The notes below the pieces were generated by a model that did no database searches, was not told the origin of the DNA, and was given only the letters and a program-made list of their open reading frames with translations. DNA of 53,159 bases, counting the filler, from an uncultured virus (IMG/VR IMGVR_UViG_2049941000_000878) (lineage: Duplodnaviria > Heunggongvirae > Uroviricota > Caudoviricetes). It is 6 parts of one record of this genome, joined end to end, with 100 filler letters (N's around TTAATTAATTAA, not from the genome) between each part and the next. Parts side by side here need not be neighbours in the genome. Positions count along the whole stretch, not along the records: positions 17,119 to 33,324 come from IMGVR_UViG_2049941000_000878; positions 33,425 to 43,025 come from IMGVR_UViG_2049941000_000878; positions 43,126 to 52,084 come from IMGVR_UViG_2049941000_000878; 3 more parts are not named here. One strand, written 5' to 3'. Below, piece after piece: positions 32,193-44,469 of this stretch (positions within the stretch are counted from its first letter, which is position 1; every line of letters starts with the position of its first letter). The position numbers and the translations under genes are program-made.

Positions 32193-32723
32193 ATGACCAT
32201 CGTAAAGAACGGAACGCCCACCGGCTTCCAGGACCGCAACGGCCACGACATCAAGACCGCCGACCGCATCAAGCACATCGTCGACGGCTCCATCCTCACC
32301 ATCGACAAGTTCTCCCGCGCCGTATCGCCCCTCGGATTCAAGTACGAGATCGCATCCATGAAAGGCATATCCCGCGGCATGAACCCCGACGGCACCTACT
32401 TCGCACGCCTCACCGACTACGAACTCACCGACGACGTCCCTCCGAAGCACGAAGGACCGACCGTGTCGCCCGGAGACGACGCCGACAACATGGCACCCAC
32501 CCGCGTCCGCGATCCACGGAACAAGGCCCTCCGCAAGGAAAACTGGAAGAAGAACCGCAGCGTCGAAGACATGGAGGAGGAAGCTGTGCAGAATGGCTGC
32601 ACACCTGACGAGGCGCGCCGCCTGCTGCTCCTCCAGGACTATCAGGACGAGGACCTCACCGACGAACTCCGCGCCCGCGGCTACCACGGCGAAATAAAGA
32701 AATCCAAAACAATCAGAATCTAA
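32193..32723 (+). CDS. Hypothetical protein with a YopX-like N-terminal motif
   Basis: TG.QD.NG.DI...D motif. Confidence 0.55.
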   Translation: MTIVKNGTPTGFQDRNGHDIKTADRIKHIVDGSILTIDKFSRAVSPLGFKYEIASMKGISRGMNPDGTYFARLTDYELTDDVPPKHEGPTVSPGDDADNMAPTRVRDPRNKALRKENWKKNRSVEDMEEEAVQNGCTPDEARRLLLLQDYQDEDLTDELRARGYHGEIKKSKTIRI

Positions 32724-32838
32724 TATCATGGCATCAATCCTTACAGGTCGAATCAACCTCTCAAAGATTCCGCAGGACCTCATCAAGCGCAACAACGCCG
32801 GCGAGGCCTTCGTATGGGTGGACGTGGCNNNNNNNNNN

Positions 32839-33273
32839 AACATCATCAAAGCGCTGAAAGGCATCCCAACGGACGCAGAAGTCGTCAACGTCGGTTTCTG
32901 CGGATCTCCTGACCTCCGCATCGGCGACTACGTCTTTGTCGGTCAGACCAAACTCTATCACCCCAACGTAGACTTCGACGAACCGACATATCAAATCGGC
33001 GACATCGGCAACGTCCTCTGTCTGACCGCCGGTGACTTCGTCACTGCCGCAGACCATCTCCCCAAAGGCGCGATCGTGGACATGGAACTGGCATATATCG
33101 CGGCCTTCGGTTTCCGCAGGCTGACTGCGATAAAATACGTAAGCGATAATTTGAATCTTAACCAATACAGCCTGACGAGTTCTTTGACCGATTCTTCGCC
33201 CGCACCCGACCAGGCCGGGGAAAGGCGAACCTCGCGGAATTCCGACGACGCGGGGGCGCAAGGGAATCACTAA
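32839..33273 (+). CDS. MTA/SAH nucleosidase / purine-phosphorylase-fold protein (probable N-terminus at 34165-34238)
   Basis: VNVGFCGS, T.GDFV, VDME and KYVSD motifs. Confidence 0.7.
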   Translation, partial: NIIKALKGIPTDAEVVNVGFCGSPDLRIGDYVFVGQTKLYHPNVDFDEPTYQIGDIGNVLCLTAGDFVTAADHLPKGAIVDMELAYIAAFGFRRLTAIKYVSDNLNLNQYSLTSSLTDSSPAPDQAGERRTSRNSDDAGAQGNH

Positions 33274-33306
33274 ACGAAGCTGGGGGCGGTCAAGCAATCC
33301 CGCCCC
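33168..33306 (+). ncRNA. Candidate structured RNA with a hammerhead-like core
   Basis: CAGC-CTGACGA-GTT...AAC-GAA-GCTG plus nested stems; the 3' 40 nt are repeated at 44354-44393 (minus). Confidence 0.45.
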
Positions 33307-33424
33307 ACCGAGCAACGGAGAAAANNNNNNNNNNNNNNNNNNNNNNNNNNNNNNNNNNNNNNNNNNNNTTAATTAATTAANNNNNNNNNNNNNNNNNNNN
33401 NNNNNNNNNNNNNNNNNNNNNNNN

Positions 33425-34168
33425 CCGCCCTGCTCTACCTTCTCAATGGCAGGAGACCGCGAACACGCCTGGGGCAAGGAAAAGATATTTGCGGAAGGTC
33501 AGGCCCTCCAAACACTCGATGACCTGGTTTTCATCTACTGCGAGACCATAAAGAAGCTGCGTCCAAAATCTTTCATACTTGAGAACGTAAAGGGCCTGGC
33601 ACTCGGTAATGCCAAATCATACCTCCGTCGAATCTTCGACACAATGAAGAAGGCCGGATATAATTGTCAAGTATTCATTCTCAACGCCGCCTCTATGGGC
33701 GTTCCTCAAATTCGTGAAAGGTGCTTCGTTATCGGAAGCCGTGCAGACTTACATTTCCCTCCGATCAAGCTGTCTTTCAGTGAATCTCCGATATACTTCG
33801 GAGAAATCATAGATCGCTCCGATATGCGTCAGACGCTCTCCGGTTCATTGCTTGAAGCATTTGACGCGTGGAAGCGAGGTGACCGTTCCCTCGCGCATAC
33901 AAACGAACGAACGAAAGGAAAAACCTCCGGTTTTACCACAGCGTGGGTATCGGAGGATAAAATATGTAATACACTTACAACTGGCCAGCACCTTTTAACC
34001 TCCATCCCTCGCGACTTGAACGAGATCGAACTGCTCAAGGTCGCCACTTTCCCACAGGACTACGACTACCCCAACATGAACCGTCTGCGATTCCTCACCG
34101 GAATGTCAGTCCCTCCCGTAATGATAGCACAAATAGCTCACCAAATTAACCTCCAATGGTTCAAATGA
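33425..34168 (+). CDS. DNA cytosine-5 methyltransferase (probable N-terminus at 47731-47758)
   Basis: PPC..FS.AG, ENV.G, Q.RER.F and G.SVPP motifs. Confidence 0.9.
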   Translation, partial: PPCSTFSMAGDREHAWGKEKIFAEGQALQTLDDLVFIYCETIKKLRPKSFILENVKGLALGNAKSYLRRIFDTMKKAGYNCQVFILNAASMGVPQIRERCFVIGSRADLHFPPIKLSFSESPIYFGEIIDRSDMRQTLSGSLLEAFDAWKRGDRSLAHTNERTKGKTSGFTTAWVSEDKICNTLTTGQHLLTSIPRDLNEIELLKVATFPQDYDYPNMNRLRFLTGMSVPPVMIAQIAHQINLQWFK

Positions 34169-34465
34169 AACAATATCTCGTTGTCGCAACAATAAAGGAA
34201 CTGGAACTTCCATACGCAAAAGTTATCGCCGCGTCTCGNNNNNNNNNNTGCCTGTATGGTGATGGAGGACGGCGACAGGGATATGCCCGCGCCGGTGCCG
34301 GGTGCCTGGGTGACGGTGAAGGACACCGACTCGCCGGTGGCGTTCGTGAGGGTGACGGTGACGCTGCGGCGACCGGTGCCGGTGTTCGCGCTGCACGTTA
34401 TGATGAGCGTCGACTTGCCGGACGGTCCGGTGGTGCGGTCGAAGGACAGCCACGANNNNNNNNNN

Positions 34466-37381
34466 TCGGCTGCGATGGCGGCTGTGCCGACCCCCCCGCC
34501 GCCGAACTGCGTGGCGCGGATCTTCGCCGTGGTGGCTATGCCGGACGCGAGGACGCCGGCTGCGTTGGTCGCCGCGAGCGTCGCCTTCGCTATTGCGCTG
34601 GGGATGGTCTTGTCGTTCCACGTCGCCCATATCGCCGACGCCATGCCGGACAGGGTGTTCACCCACGTCTCGGCGATCTGGAACCGCTTGCTGTTCTCGA
34701 AGGCCCGCTTGTCGTCGTCCGCGGATGCGTCGTACAGGTCCGCGATGGCGCCGAGGATGTCACCCACGCCGGCGGNNNNNNNNNNGAAGAACTGCATGAC
34801 CGGCTCCAGCGCCTTGAGCGCCTTGTTCAGCGCCTGCGTGGCTTTCTCGTTGTCCTTCAGGCCGTCGGCTATCTTATTGATAAGCGGCGCCAGCAGGGTG
34901 ACGGTGCCGATGATGGGATTCGTGGCCATGAGCTTGAAGGACTTGTCCAGCTGGTCTCCGGCCTTCTTCACCGCGCCCATGCTCGGCGGCAGGTCCTTCA
35001 CGACGTCATGCAGGCCGTCCAGCGCGGACTTGTAGTTTCCGACGTTGCGCTGGTAGTTCCCTTGCAGGGCGTCCAGTTCCTTGAGTTTGTCGTTGACGTC
35101 GTTGACGCTTGATGCCAGTTCCTTGAAGCGCTGCATCCCTTCCTCGGTGGACGTGTCCACGGTCCGGAGTTCTTCCTTGTACGCCGCCATGCGGTGGACG
35201 AGGGCGTTGTAGGATTCGCCGGTGCCGGTCGCCGCCTCGGTCAGTTGGTCCATGCTGGAGGTCGTCGCGTACATCGCGTCCTTCAGCGCGTTCTGGTTGA
35301 CCTTCAGTTCCGACAGGGTGTCCTGGTACTTGGTCGTTCCTATCTCAAGGTCCGAGAGCTGCTCCTTCAGGATCTTGATGTTGTTCTTGAGGTCGCCGAC
35401 GCTCTTGACGGCTTCCTCGGTGCCGACCTTCAGTATGGTGATGGTTTCGATTTCTGCTGCCATTCTATTGCGGGTTTAATAGTTGATTTCGCCTTCGGGG
35501 AGCTGCGCAATGGTGAACACCGCGAACTTTGCGAGGTCCGTGGTCCGGAAGGACACGCTGCGCAGCGCCGTGCGGTCCGTCTCATTNNNNNNNNNNCGCG
35601 CGCTCGTTCATGGCCTCGACCTCTATCTGTACCTCCAGGTCCGCGACCTGCTGCTCGTAGTCCAGGTACGCCGACAGGTCTCCGCGCTGCACGGCGGCCT
35701 GCTGGAACTCACGCAGGGCGGCGAGCTTCCGCTGGTTGCCTTCGACGGCGATGCGGTAGGATTCCTCGGCACGCTTGCGCTCGTCGTCCACGGTNNNNNN
35801 NNNNTATCTGGAAGCGCTTGCTGTTCTCGAAGGCCCGCTTGTCGTCGTCCGCGCTTGCGTCGTACAGGTCCGCGATGGCGCCGAGGATGTCCCCCACACC
35901 GGCGGCGTATGCCTGCATGATCTTCGCCTTCGCCTGCGCGGCCTTCTCCGCGTCTGCGATGTCCTGACGGCGGATGCGTGCGCGCTCGTTCATGGCCTCG
36001 ACCTCTATCTGCACCTCCAGGTCCGCGACCTGCTGCTCGTAGTCCAGGTACGCCGACAGGTCCCCGCGCTGCACGGCGGCCTGCTGGAACTCACGCAGGG
36101 CGGTGAGCTTCCGCTGGTTGCCTTCCACGGCGATGCGGTAGGATTCCTCGGCACGCTTGCGCTCGTCGTCCACGGTGGCGGCGTTGACGTCCTGCTGGTA
36201 TTTCGCGGCCTTGTCGATGGCTTCCAGCCGTTCCTTTTCGTGACGCAGCGCGGCCTTGAGCATATCCGCCTCGGCCTTGTCCAGCGCCGCTGCGGCCTTG
36301 TCCATGTCGGCGGCCATGTCGATGATGATCTCGTCGAAGCCGTCCTTCACCTCCTGGGCGATNNNNNNNNNNCCCTGCTGGTATTTCGCGGCCTTATCTA
36401 TGGCCTCCAGCCGTTCCTTTTCGTGACGCAGTGCGGCCTTGAGCATATCCGCCTCGGCCTTGTCCAGCGCCGCCGCGGCCTTGTCCATGTCGGCAGCCAT
36501 GTCGATGATGATCTCGTCGAAGCCGTCCTTCACCTCCTGGGCGATGGCCTTGCCGCCGTCCTTCGCCTTTTTCCTGCGTGACGACAGGCCGGAGACGAAC
36601 GCATCCGCCGCGACCTGCCCGGCCTCGAAGTTCTGCTTGAAGGCGAAGCCCTTGTCGATGGCTCCGGATATGCCTGCGAGCGCGTTCTTCGCGCTCTCGC
36701 CGGCCTGCTTCCAGTTGCCGCTGAAGATGTCCTTCAGGACGTTGACGAGGCCCTTNNNNNNNNNNCGCGTCCTGCGGCTTCTATGTCGCTCTGGAGGATA
36801 TACACGCGGGACGGTTCCGCCGCACGGTTGAGCCGGTCCACATCGGAGGCCGTCTGCGCCTGGAGGACCTGCGGCAGCGAGGTNNNNNNNNNNTGCGGAC
36901 GGCGAGAACTGCACCATGCCGGGATTGGCGACGAGGCCGTAGGTGGTGTTGCGGATGCGGCAGGACAGGCTGCGCTGGCTGCCGGTGTTCGCTGATACCT
37001 GCACCGTGACCTCNNNNNNNNNNGCCGGCTTCTATGGCGATGCGGAAGGGCGTGACGAGGAAGTTTATCACGGCGTTGCCGACACCGGTGACGCCGGACA
37101 CGATCTTGTTGAAGGTGCCGTCGGATTTGTTCGCCAGTTCTATGAGTTGGTCGACGCACCACGACAGGGCGTCGGCTATCTTGTCAAGGATGCCCTCNNN
37201 NNNNNNNACCGGCTTCTATGGCGATGCGGAAGGGCGTGACGAGGAAGTTAATCACGGCGTTGCCGACACCGGTGACGCCGGACACGATCTTGTTGAAGGT
37301 ACCGTCGGATTTCGCGGCGAGTTCGACGAGCTGGTCGACGCACCACGACAGGGCGTCGGCTATCTTGTCAAGGATGCCCTC
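34466..37381 (-). CDS. Tape measure protein, multiple variant fragments (start at 35463)
   Basis: Long helical Ala/Lys/Glu-rich frames; GNYQRNVGNY and NPIIG motifs; starts right after the BACON tail gene. Confidence 0.8.
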
Positions 37382-37625
37382 NNNNNNNNNNNNNNNNNNN
37401 NNNNNNNNNNNNNNNNNNNNNNNNNNNNNNNNNNNNNNNNNNNNNNNNNNNNNNNNNNNNNNNNNNNNNNNNNNNNNNNNNNNNNNNNNNNNNNNNNNNN
37501 NNNNNNNNNNNNNNNNNNNNNNNNNNNNNNNNNNNNNNNNNNNNNNNNNNNNNNNNNNNNNNNNNNNNNNNNNNNNNNNNNNNNNNNNNNNNNNNNNNNN
37601 NNNNNNNNNNNNNNGTATCTGCTTG

Positions 37626-40600
37626 TTAGTTGTTGATTTCGCCTTCGGGGAGCTGCGCGATGGTGAACACCGCCGTCTTTGCGAGGTCCGTGGTCCGGAA
37701 GGACACGCTCCGCAGCGCCGTGCGGTCCGTCTCGTTCGCCGGATAGGTGTAGAGGACCGACGTGTTGCCGGTGCCGTAGGTCGGACTGACGGTAACGTTG
37801 CCGAGGATCTCGGCCACCTGCCACGACGTNNNNNNNNNNACACCGGAGGACGGCGTGACGGTGATGCCGCCGAGGATCTCGCCGACCTCCCACGCCGTGT
37901 TGCTGGTTATCTGGAGCAGGCCGTCTCCGGCGTTGTGGTCCACGTTGATCTCCGAGGGTGCGACGTACAGGGACGAGCCGGACGCCTGCGACACCGCCAC
38001 GCCGTCGTAGACGAACTGGTTGAGCGCGAAGTTCAGCGTCGTCTCATAGGCGCTGCCGGAGATGTTCTCGCCCTTCGTGCGGACCGTTACCGCCTCGCCG
38101 TTCTGGCTGCCGTTGCCGGACGCGGGTGTCACCTCCAGCCATGAGGGCGGATTGACGTACCAGGGGCCGGAAGCGAACACGACGAGCTGGGCGGAGCCGC
38201 CGCCGCTGGGGAACGACAGGCTGTCGCGGTCCACGGAGATGGTGCCGCCCGGCCCCTGCGCGATGGTGACGGTCGCGGTCTTGCCCGCGGCGGTGAACGT
38301 CACGGTGCCGTGGCGGATGTCCTGCGAGAGGTTCTCCGTGACGGTGATGGCGACGGTCTGGCCGTCTCCAGCCGGACCGGATGCCGCGACGCTTATCCAT
38401 GAGGCGTTCTTCGACGCGGTCCATTCCGCGCTGGTGTCAAGCGTGACGTTATAGCTCTGCGCGTCCTTCGTGAGCCGCACGGTGTCCGGGTCCACATCGC
38501 AGTAACCCTGCGGCGGTGCGCCCTGGACGAGGATCACCTGCTGCGTCAGGCCGGAGCCGTTGGTCGTGGCGAAGTTCAGCGTGACGGTGCGCTGCGTCGT
38601 GCCGGGGTTCGGTCCGAGCGACACACGCACGGAGCCGTCGCCGGAGCCGGTCGTGGGTGATATGGTGAGGTCGGAATAGGATGCCGGGGTCGTCACCTGC
38701 CACGATGTCGTACAGGACACGCTGAAATCCTGATAGCCGCCGGTGTTCGCCATGCGGACCGTGCCGAAGGGGACGACGTTCAGGATGTCCTCGGCGGAGG
38801 GCGAGAGCTGCACCATGCCGGGCGTGGCGACGAGGCCGTAGGTAGTGTTGCGGATGCGGCACGACAGGCTGCGCTGGCTGCCGGTGTTCGCCGATACCTG
38901 CACCGTGATCTCGTCCGGACCGGTGCCGCTTGTCTTGGACATATTCGATATGCCGGAGCTGATCTGGTCGATGGACCACGCGAGGCCGGACGGCGCGTTG
39001 ATGGTCAGGTAGACCTCCTGCGCGTCGGATGTAATGCGGTCCTTGCTGAAGTTCGCGTTCAGGTACTTGTCCGAGCCGGGACCGGCCTGGTAGACGTAGA
39101 AGGTGGACGTCTGCCCGGTGGCGGTCAGCGTGCCGACGATCGTGCCGACGCGAGGGCTGCCGGTGTTCTCGTCCGCGTTGAACCAGCGCGTCTTGTTGCC
39201 GGTGCCGGACCATGCCGTGCCGGTGGGATGCAGCCAGGGCGTATTGGTGGCGACGGTCCACGCGCCGTTGGAGCGCACGTCGAAGCCTTCGCCCTGCGCT
39301 GCGGCGGTTATCTCCACGCTGTTATACATGGAGTTCTCTCGCCTTGTCAGTTCGATGCGGTCGCCCCCGGAGGTGGCGGGGTTCTGGATGACGTAGAACA
39401 TCGCGCCCTGTGTGTAGCCGTCGCGCGTGGCAGTGATGATGCCCTGCCGTGACGTCGTGCCGGTGTAGTTCGGCACGGTGACGGCCAGCGTGCCGTTCCC
39501 TGCGCCGGAAAGCGGCGTGACGGTTATCCAGTTGGCGCTGTTGGTGATGGTCCAGCCGTCACCCTCCGGCACCACGACGTAGAGGGTGGTGGAGCCGCCG
39601 GTGGACTGGAAGGTGGCGTTGTCGTTGCCGTTGCCGTCCAGCAGGGTGATGTCTCCGGTGCCGCCCTCCCCTGCCAGCTGCGTGACCGCGAGCGTGGCCC
39701 AGATGGTGGTGTCGCCGGTGAGGTAGACCTTGATGGATGCGCTGCGCTCGTCGCCGGGGTTCGCGCCTGTGCGGAGCGATATGCCGGTGAGCGATGTCGA
39801 CACGGTCAGCCATGACGGAACGGTGGAGTAGTCCACGGCCCACGCGCCGGAAGCGGTGACGAGGGACGACCGTCCGCGGGANNNNNNNNNNCCCTGCGCG
39901 GAGCGATATGCCGGTGAGCGATGTCGACACGGTAAGCCATGACGGTACGGTGGAGTAATCCACGGCCCACGCGCCGGAAGCGGTGACGAGGGACGACCGT
40001 CCGCGGGACGCCTGTCCGGGGATGGCCGTGCCGGCAGCCTGTATGGTGATGGAGGACGGCGAGAGGGATATGCCCGCGCCGGTTCCGGGCGCCTGTGTCA
40101 CGGTGAAGGGCACCGATTCGCCGGTGGCGTTCGTGAGGGTGACGGTGACGTTACGGCGACCGGTGCCGGTGTTCGCGCTGCAAGTGATGATCAGCGTCGA
40201 CTTGCCGGACGGTCCGGTGGTGCGGTCGAAGGACAGCCACGACGGCGAGGCGGATGCGGTCAGCGACCATGCGCTGGAGCTGCGCACCTCGACGGCCTGC
40301 GAGTTCCCTCCGGGGAGGAAGGCGAACGAGGCGGAATCCGGCGTGATGTTGATGTAGTGTGCGGGGACGCTGCCGGGGCCGTTGGTATAGGCGGCCATGT
40401 CCTGCACCTTGACGAACTCGCACTCGGAGAGGTCCCACGTCGTGAGGCTGTGGTTGCGGATGGCGTTGAGCGTCCACAGGGCGTTGTCGTACCAATAGAA
40501 GCGCCGTAGCAGCGCCTGACCGACCGGAAGGCCCCGGAGGTCCACCCGCGCCTTCAGGACGCGTGTGTCAGCCGCGAAGCGGTCGGAGAGGTATGCCTTC

Positions 40601-40777
40601 CAGTAGAGGTCGTAGACGGAGACGGCTCCGCCTGCGGGCGTCTCCAGATCCGGCACGGCGCGCACCGCGGGATTCCCCCACTCCCACGCCTTATCGATGT
40701 ATCGGCCTATGACGGTCACGCGGCGGAAGGACGGCAGGGAGCCGACGTAGATGCCGCTGCGCGTGAGGTCCCAGCAG
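37626..40777 (-). CDS. Large tail protein, C-terminal part with tandem BACON/Ig-like domains (fragments)
   Basis: Repeated W...SW(L/I).V.P.SG.G.....V..N.G..R...I.......V.Q units. Confidence 0.8.
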
Positions 40778-40905
40778 GNNNNNNNNNNTCCTTCAGCCAG
40801 CCGGTGCGGAGCGTCCATGTGCGCGTCACCTCGTTGACGTACTCCACGGTGCCGCGTGCGCTGCGCTGGGTGTTGTCGTAGCGCTGCTGCATGGTNNNNN
40901 NNNNN

Positions 40906-42605
40906 CCGGCGAGCGCCTCCATGCTGCCGCTGTCCTCGGTCAGCCAGTAATTCTTGTGTACGTTCCAGGAGCCGGATGCGTAGACCGGCGTGTCCTCCAT
41001 GCCGTCGAAGAACACCAGCACGTCGGAGCCGTCGAAACCCTTGTTGTCGGCATCGTGGAGCTGGAGCTTCGGGAGCCAGTCCGCGCCGGGGTTGTCGGGG
41101 TTGTCCCAGTAGGTCGTGTCGAGGTCGCACTGCATGGTGAACGTCTTGGACTCGCCCTCGTCCGTCCACATCTCGAACGTCACCGGCTCCCATTTCGGAA
41201 GCTGGAAGAACCGCTGCCAGGTGCGACCGTTCAGCACGCGCTCGGCGGCGGAGAACATCCGGTTGGACTCGGACACCTCGGCGGCGTCCTGGAACGCGAG
41301 GCCGTCCGTCAGGATCTTCGTCCCTGCGTCGAACTCGTAGCCGGTGTCGATGCGCTGGGTGCCGTAGCCGCGTCCGTAGTCCATGCGGTACTGGTCAGCG
41401 AACTGACCCTTGCCGCCGTCGCCCATCTGATACCAGCGCGAGTCCGCGAGGACCGGGTCCTGCGTGACCGGCTGGCCGCGGTCGATGCGCTTGGTCAGGT
41501 CTATCACCTCGTCCGCGTTCTCGCCGTAGAAGGTGGCGCGCGTGACGATGCGCACGGACCTCCGACCGTTGTCCCAGAGGAACAGCAGGCCGAACACCTT
41601 TGCGAAGCTGACGAGGTAGTCCATCGGGGACTTGCTCGCCGCGAGGACGTTGTTCAGGCACGCCTGCGAGGTGCGGTCCTCGGACGCGATCATGGACAGC
41701 GTCCACCACGCGGCGCCGTAGTAGGGGTTGTCGTCGGTGAAGAAGGTGTTGTCGAGGGTGACGGTGAACCCGCCGTTGTTGCGCGGGTCGCAGACGGCGG
41801 CGATGAACGCCTTGACGGAGATCACCGGACGCTGGAGGTACCAGCGCAGGTCGCACACCTCCCATTCCGTGTGCGGGTTGCTGAAGTTCACCAGCGCGCA
41901 GTCCAGTCCGGCCTTGTAGCCGTACTCATACCCGCGCTCGCCGTCCTCGTCCACGCCGATGGGCATATTCGCCCACTCGTCGTTCATAAGGGCGTGCGAG
42001 GCGTCGAAATCGTCCGGGAGGCCGTTGTAGGCCGGGGCGAAGTTGACGATGTTCCAGAAGGCGTTGGCGGGTGCGTTCTCCGACAGGTGGTCCCATGCGT
42101 CCTTGACGGTGTCGGATGCGACCGGCGTGACGCTGAAGTCCGTCACGTCGTTTCCGTTGCGGTCCGCGTAGATGAGGTCGCGCAGGGTGCGCGGCGTGCC
42201 GTCGTCCTTGTATGCCAGGGAATAGAAGAAGCTGCCGAGGCCGCCGTAGAGGGTGACGGTGTAGGCGTGGCGGCGGTTGTGGGTGTCCACCGCGTCGAGG
42301 CGGCAGTAGCCGGACTCCAGGACGGTGCCGTCCGCATCGAACAGGGAGAACGGCGTCTTGCGTGTCGGGTCGAACTGCGTGCCGTCGTAGCGGATGCCGA
42401 AAACCGTCCGGCGGTCCAGGCGGAACGCAGCGCCGAACACGCCGTTGTTCCGGCACGTTCCGGGGAGCTGCACCTGGTGGCTGGAGGAGTTCTTCAGGGC
42501 GGTGGGGTTGGACATATCCTCGCGGACCCAGTTGTAGAGAATCCACGAATCGTCGCCGAGGTCCACGCGCTGCCCGGCGATGTAGAGTTGGACCTTGCGT
42601 CTCAT
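40906..42605 (-). CDS. Large tail (hub/tip) protein, N-terminal part
   Basis: LYI.G..VDL, S....LPGT..NN..F, FDPT.K and Y.VTLYGGLG.FF motifs. Confidence 0.75.
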
Positions 42606-43025
42606 CGGCGTATGATGTTTTGTGCGAGTTCGCAGGTGACAGCGTAGTTCACCAGCCGGGCGCCGTTGCCGCGGTAGGTCTTATATTCGCAGGCCTGGTC
42701 GGCGATGACGACCGGCGTGAGCGTCCCTGCGGGGATGTCGTACAGGTAGACGTGTGTGCTGCCGAGGACGTGGTGCATCCGGAACGCCTCGTCGNNNNNN
42801 NNNNTTCTTGTAGCGGAGCGTCGCGGAGGTGGCGCCGGTTGACAGGACCGACAGGACGATGGCCTGTTCGGCTGACACGCGACCGTTCACCGGATCGGCG
42901 AGCGCGGAGGTGGCGTGGTCGTAGTCGTGGGACCAATCGGCGACGAACTGCACGCTGTCGACGGTGGTGCCGCCCGCGTCCTTCACGGTGAAGGTGGCGG
43001 CGGAGGGTTCGTTGACCGCGGTGCG
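42602..43025 (-). CDS. Distal-tail-like protein fragments (variant of the 51286 gene)
   Basis: Near-identical to parts of 51286-52084. Confidence 0.6.
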
Positions 43026-43124
43026 NNNNNNNNNNNNNNNNNNNNNNNNNNNNNNNNNNNNNNNNNNNNTTAATTAATTAANNNNNNNNNNNNNNNNNNN
43101 NNNNNNNNNNNNNNNNNNNNNNNN

Positions 43125-43957
43125 NTCATAGGGAATGTTCTGGATCTCGTTAAGAAAAAGGCGGTCGCGTGCCGGTCCGTGTACCTTACTGGGTGCGTCT
43201 GCGCTGAAAAACTCAATTAGAGAGCCATTTGGAAGCGTATAGATACTTTCTGACTTATTCCATGCCCTTTCGTTATAATAGTCCCCAAGGGCATCAGGAA
43301 AGTCACGGATGGCACCTCGTTTGAGGTGGTTNNNNNNNNNNNNNNNNNNNNNNNNNNNNNNNNNGTACGCGATTTTGCGCCCGGTGTCTGCGAGGATGCG
43401 CACGATGGCGGTGGGGTCGTGTGTAAAGCCGAAGTCAATCCCCCACACTTCGCGGAGGCCATAAGGGTCTGGCAGGGAGTCAATAGTGTCGAATTCGTAG
43501 ATCAGGCCTTCCAGCGTTCCGAATTGTCCGAGGCCATAAACCTGCCACCAGTTGCGGTCGCCTTGGTTGGATTCTATCTCGCGTATCTGTTCCGGCGTGA
43601 GGTGCGTGTTGTCCCTGTATGTCGAGTGAATGGTCACGCAGTCGGGGCGCGTTTCGATTTGTTCGTTGCCCCAGAAGGTCGCAGTAGGATTGTAGTCCAT
43701 GAGGATCAGGCCTCGGGTACGGACGAAAAGCTGGCGCGCGNNNNNNNNNNNNNNNNNNNNNNNNNNNNNGTTTCTGAAACCACGGAGGTCAGCGTGGGGA
43801 CTTCGTCCTGGATGGCGAGTTCGTAAATGGCCTGGAGGTTGGCGAAGGTTTTGCCGGATCGTGTACCGCCACAAGACGAGACGAAGCGGTCCGTCTGGCA
43901 GATCGCTTGCATCGTCTTGTAGTATACCGGCGTATATATCATTTTTTCGTGCTCCAT
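43125..43957 (-). CDS. terL: Terminase large subunit, divergent variant (gapped)
   Basis: GGTRSGKT, LFLNE and IDFGF motifs. Confidence 0.85.
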
Positions 43958-44337
43958 TTTGAGGCCGCGTCCGCTGCCGCCTGGGAGATGACGACCGTGA
44001 CGTTGCCCCCTTGCTGGCGGTCTTCGTCTTCGGTATATCCTGCGGCCTTGAATACGGCGTTGTAGGCGTTGGTGTCGGCTTTACGTTTGGCTTTCTGAAT
44101 CTGCCGGGCGTGCATGGCGACCTCGTTGGTGATGTCCTTCGGATTGAGGCCGAGGCCCTGCAATTCCTTGAGCATTTGTTCGTCAGTTTCCGGCATGGAG
44201 AGCAGGAGGCGGAGCAGTTCGCGTCCGTGTTTTTTGCGTAGGCGTGCTTTACCGGAGGCGATGCCGCCCCGGCGAGAAATTTCCTTTGCTTCCTCTTTGG
44301 TTCGCTCCGTTACTGGTATGAGGTCTTTCTTTGCCAT
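43939..44337 (-). CDS. Terminase small subunit, variant A
   Basis: EI.RRGG.ASG..R motif; overlaps the terL start. Confidence 0.7.
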   Translation of the reverse strand: MAKKDLIPVTERTKEEAKEISRRGGIASGKARLRKKHGRELLRLLLSMPETDEQMLKELQGLGLNPKDITNEVAMHARQIQKAKRKADTNAYNAVFKAAGYTEDEDRQQGGNVTVVISQAAADAASKWSTKK

Positions 44338-44469
44338 AGTTTTTGATTAAAAGGGGGCGGGATTGCTTGACCGCCCCCAGCTTCGTTTAGTGACGGTGAA
44401 CCCGCCGTTGNNNNNNNNNNATCGCATTCATCATCGGATTCGCCGCTGGACGCATACACGAAAAACGAC

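Noticed and set aside
33168..33282. Canonical self-cleaving hammerhead ribozyme
   Set aside because: GAAG instead of GAAA, and no stem III or NUH cleavage triplet
44390..44410. 21-bp identity with tail gene 41758-41778 next to the RNA element, resembling a spacer or target
   Set aside because: It lies at a fragment end and joins through GTGA microhomology; most simply a chimeric read end
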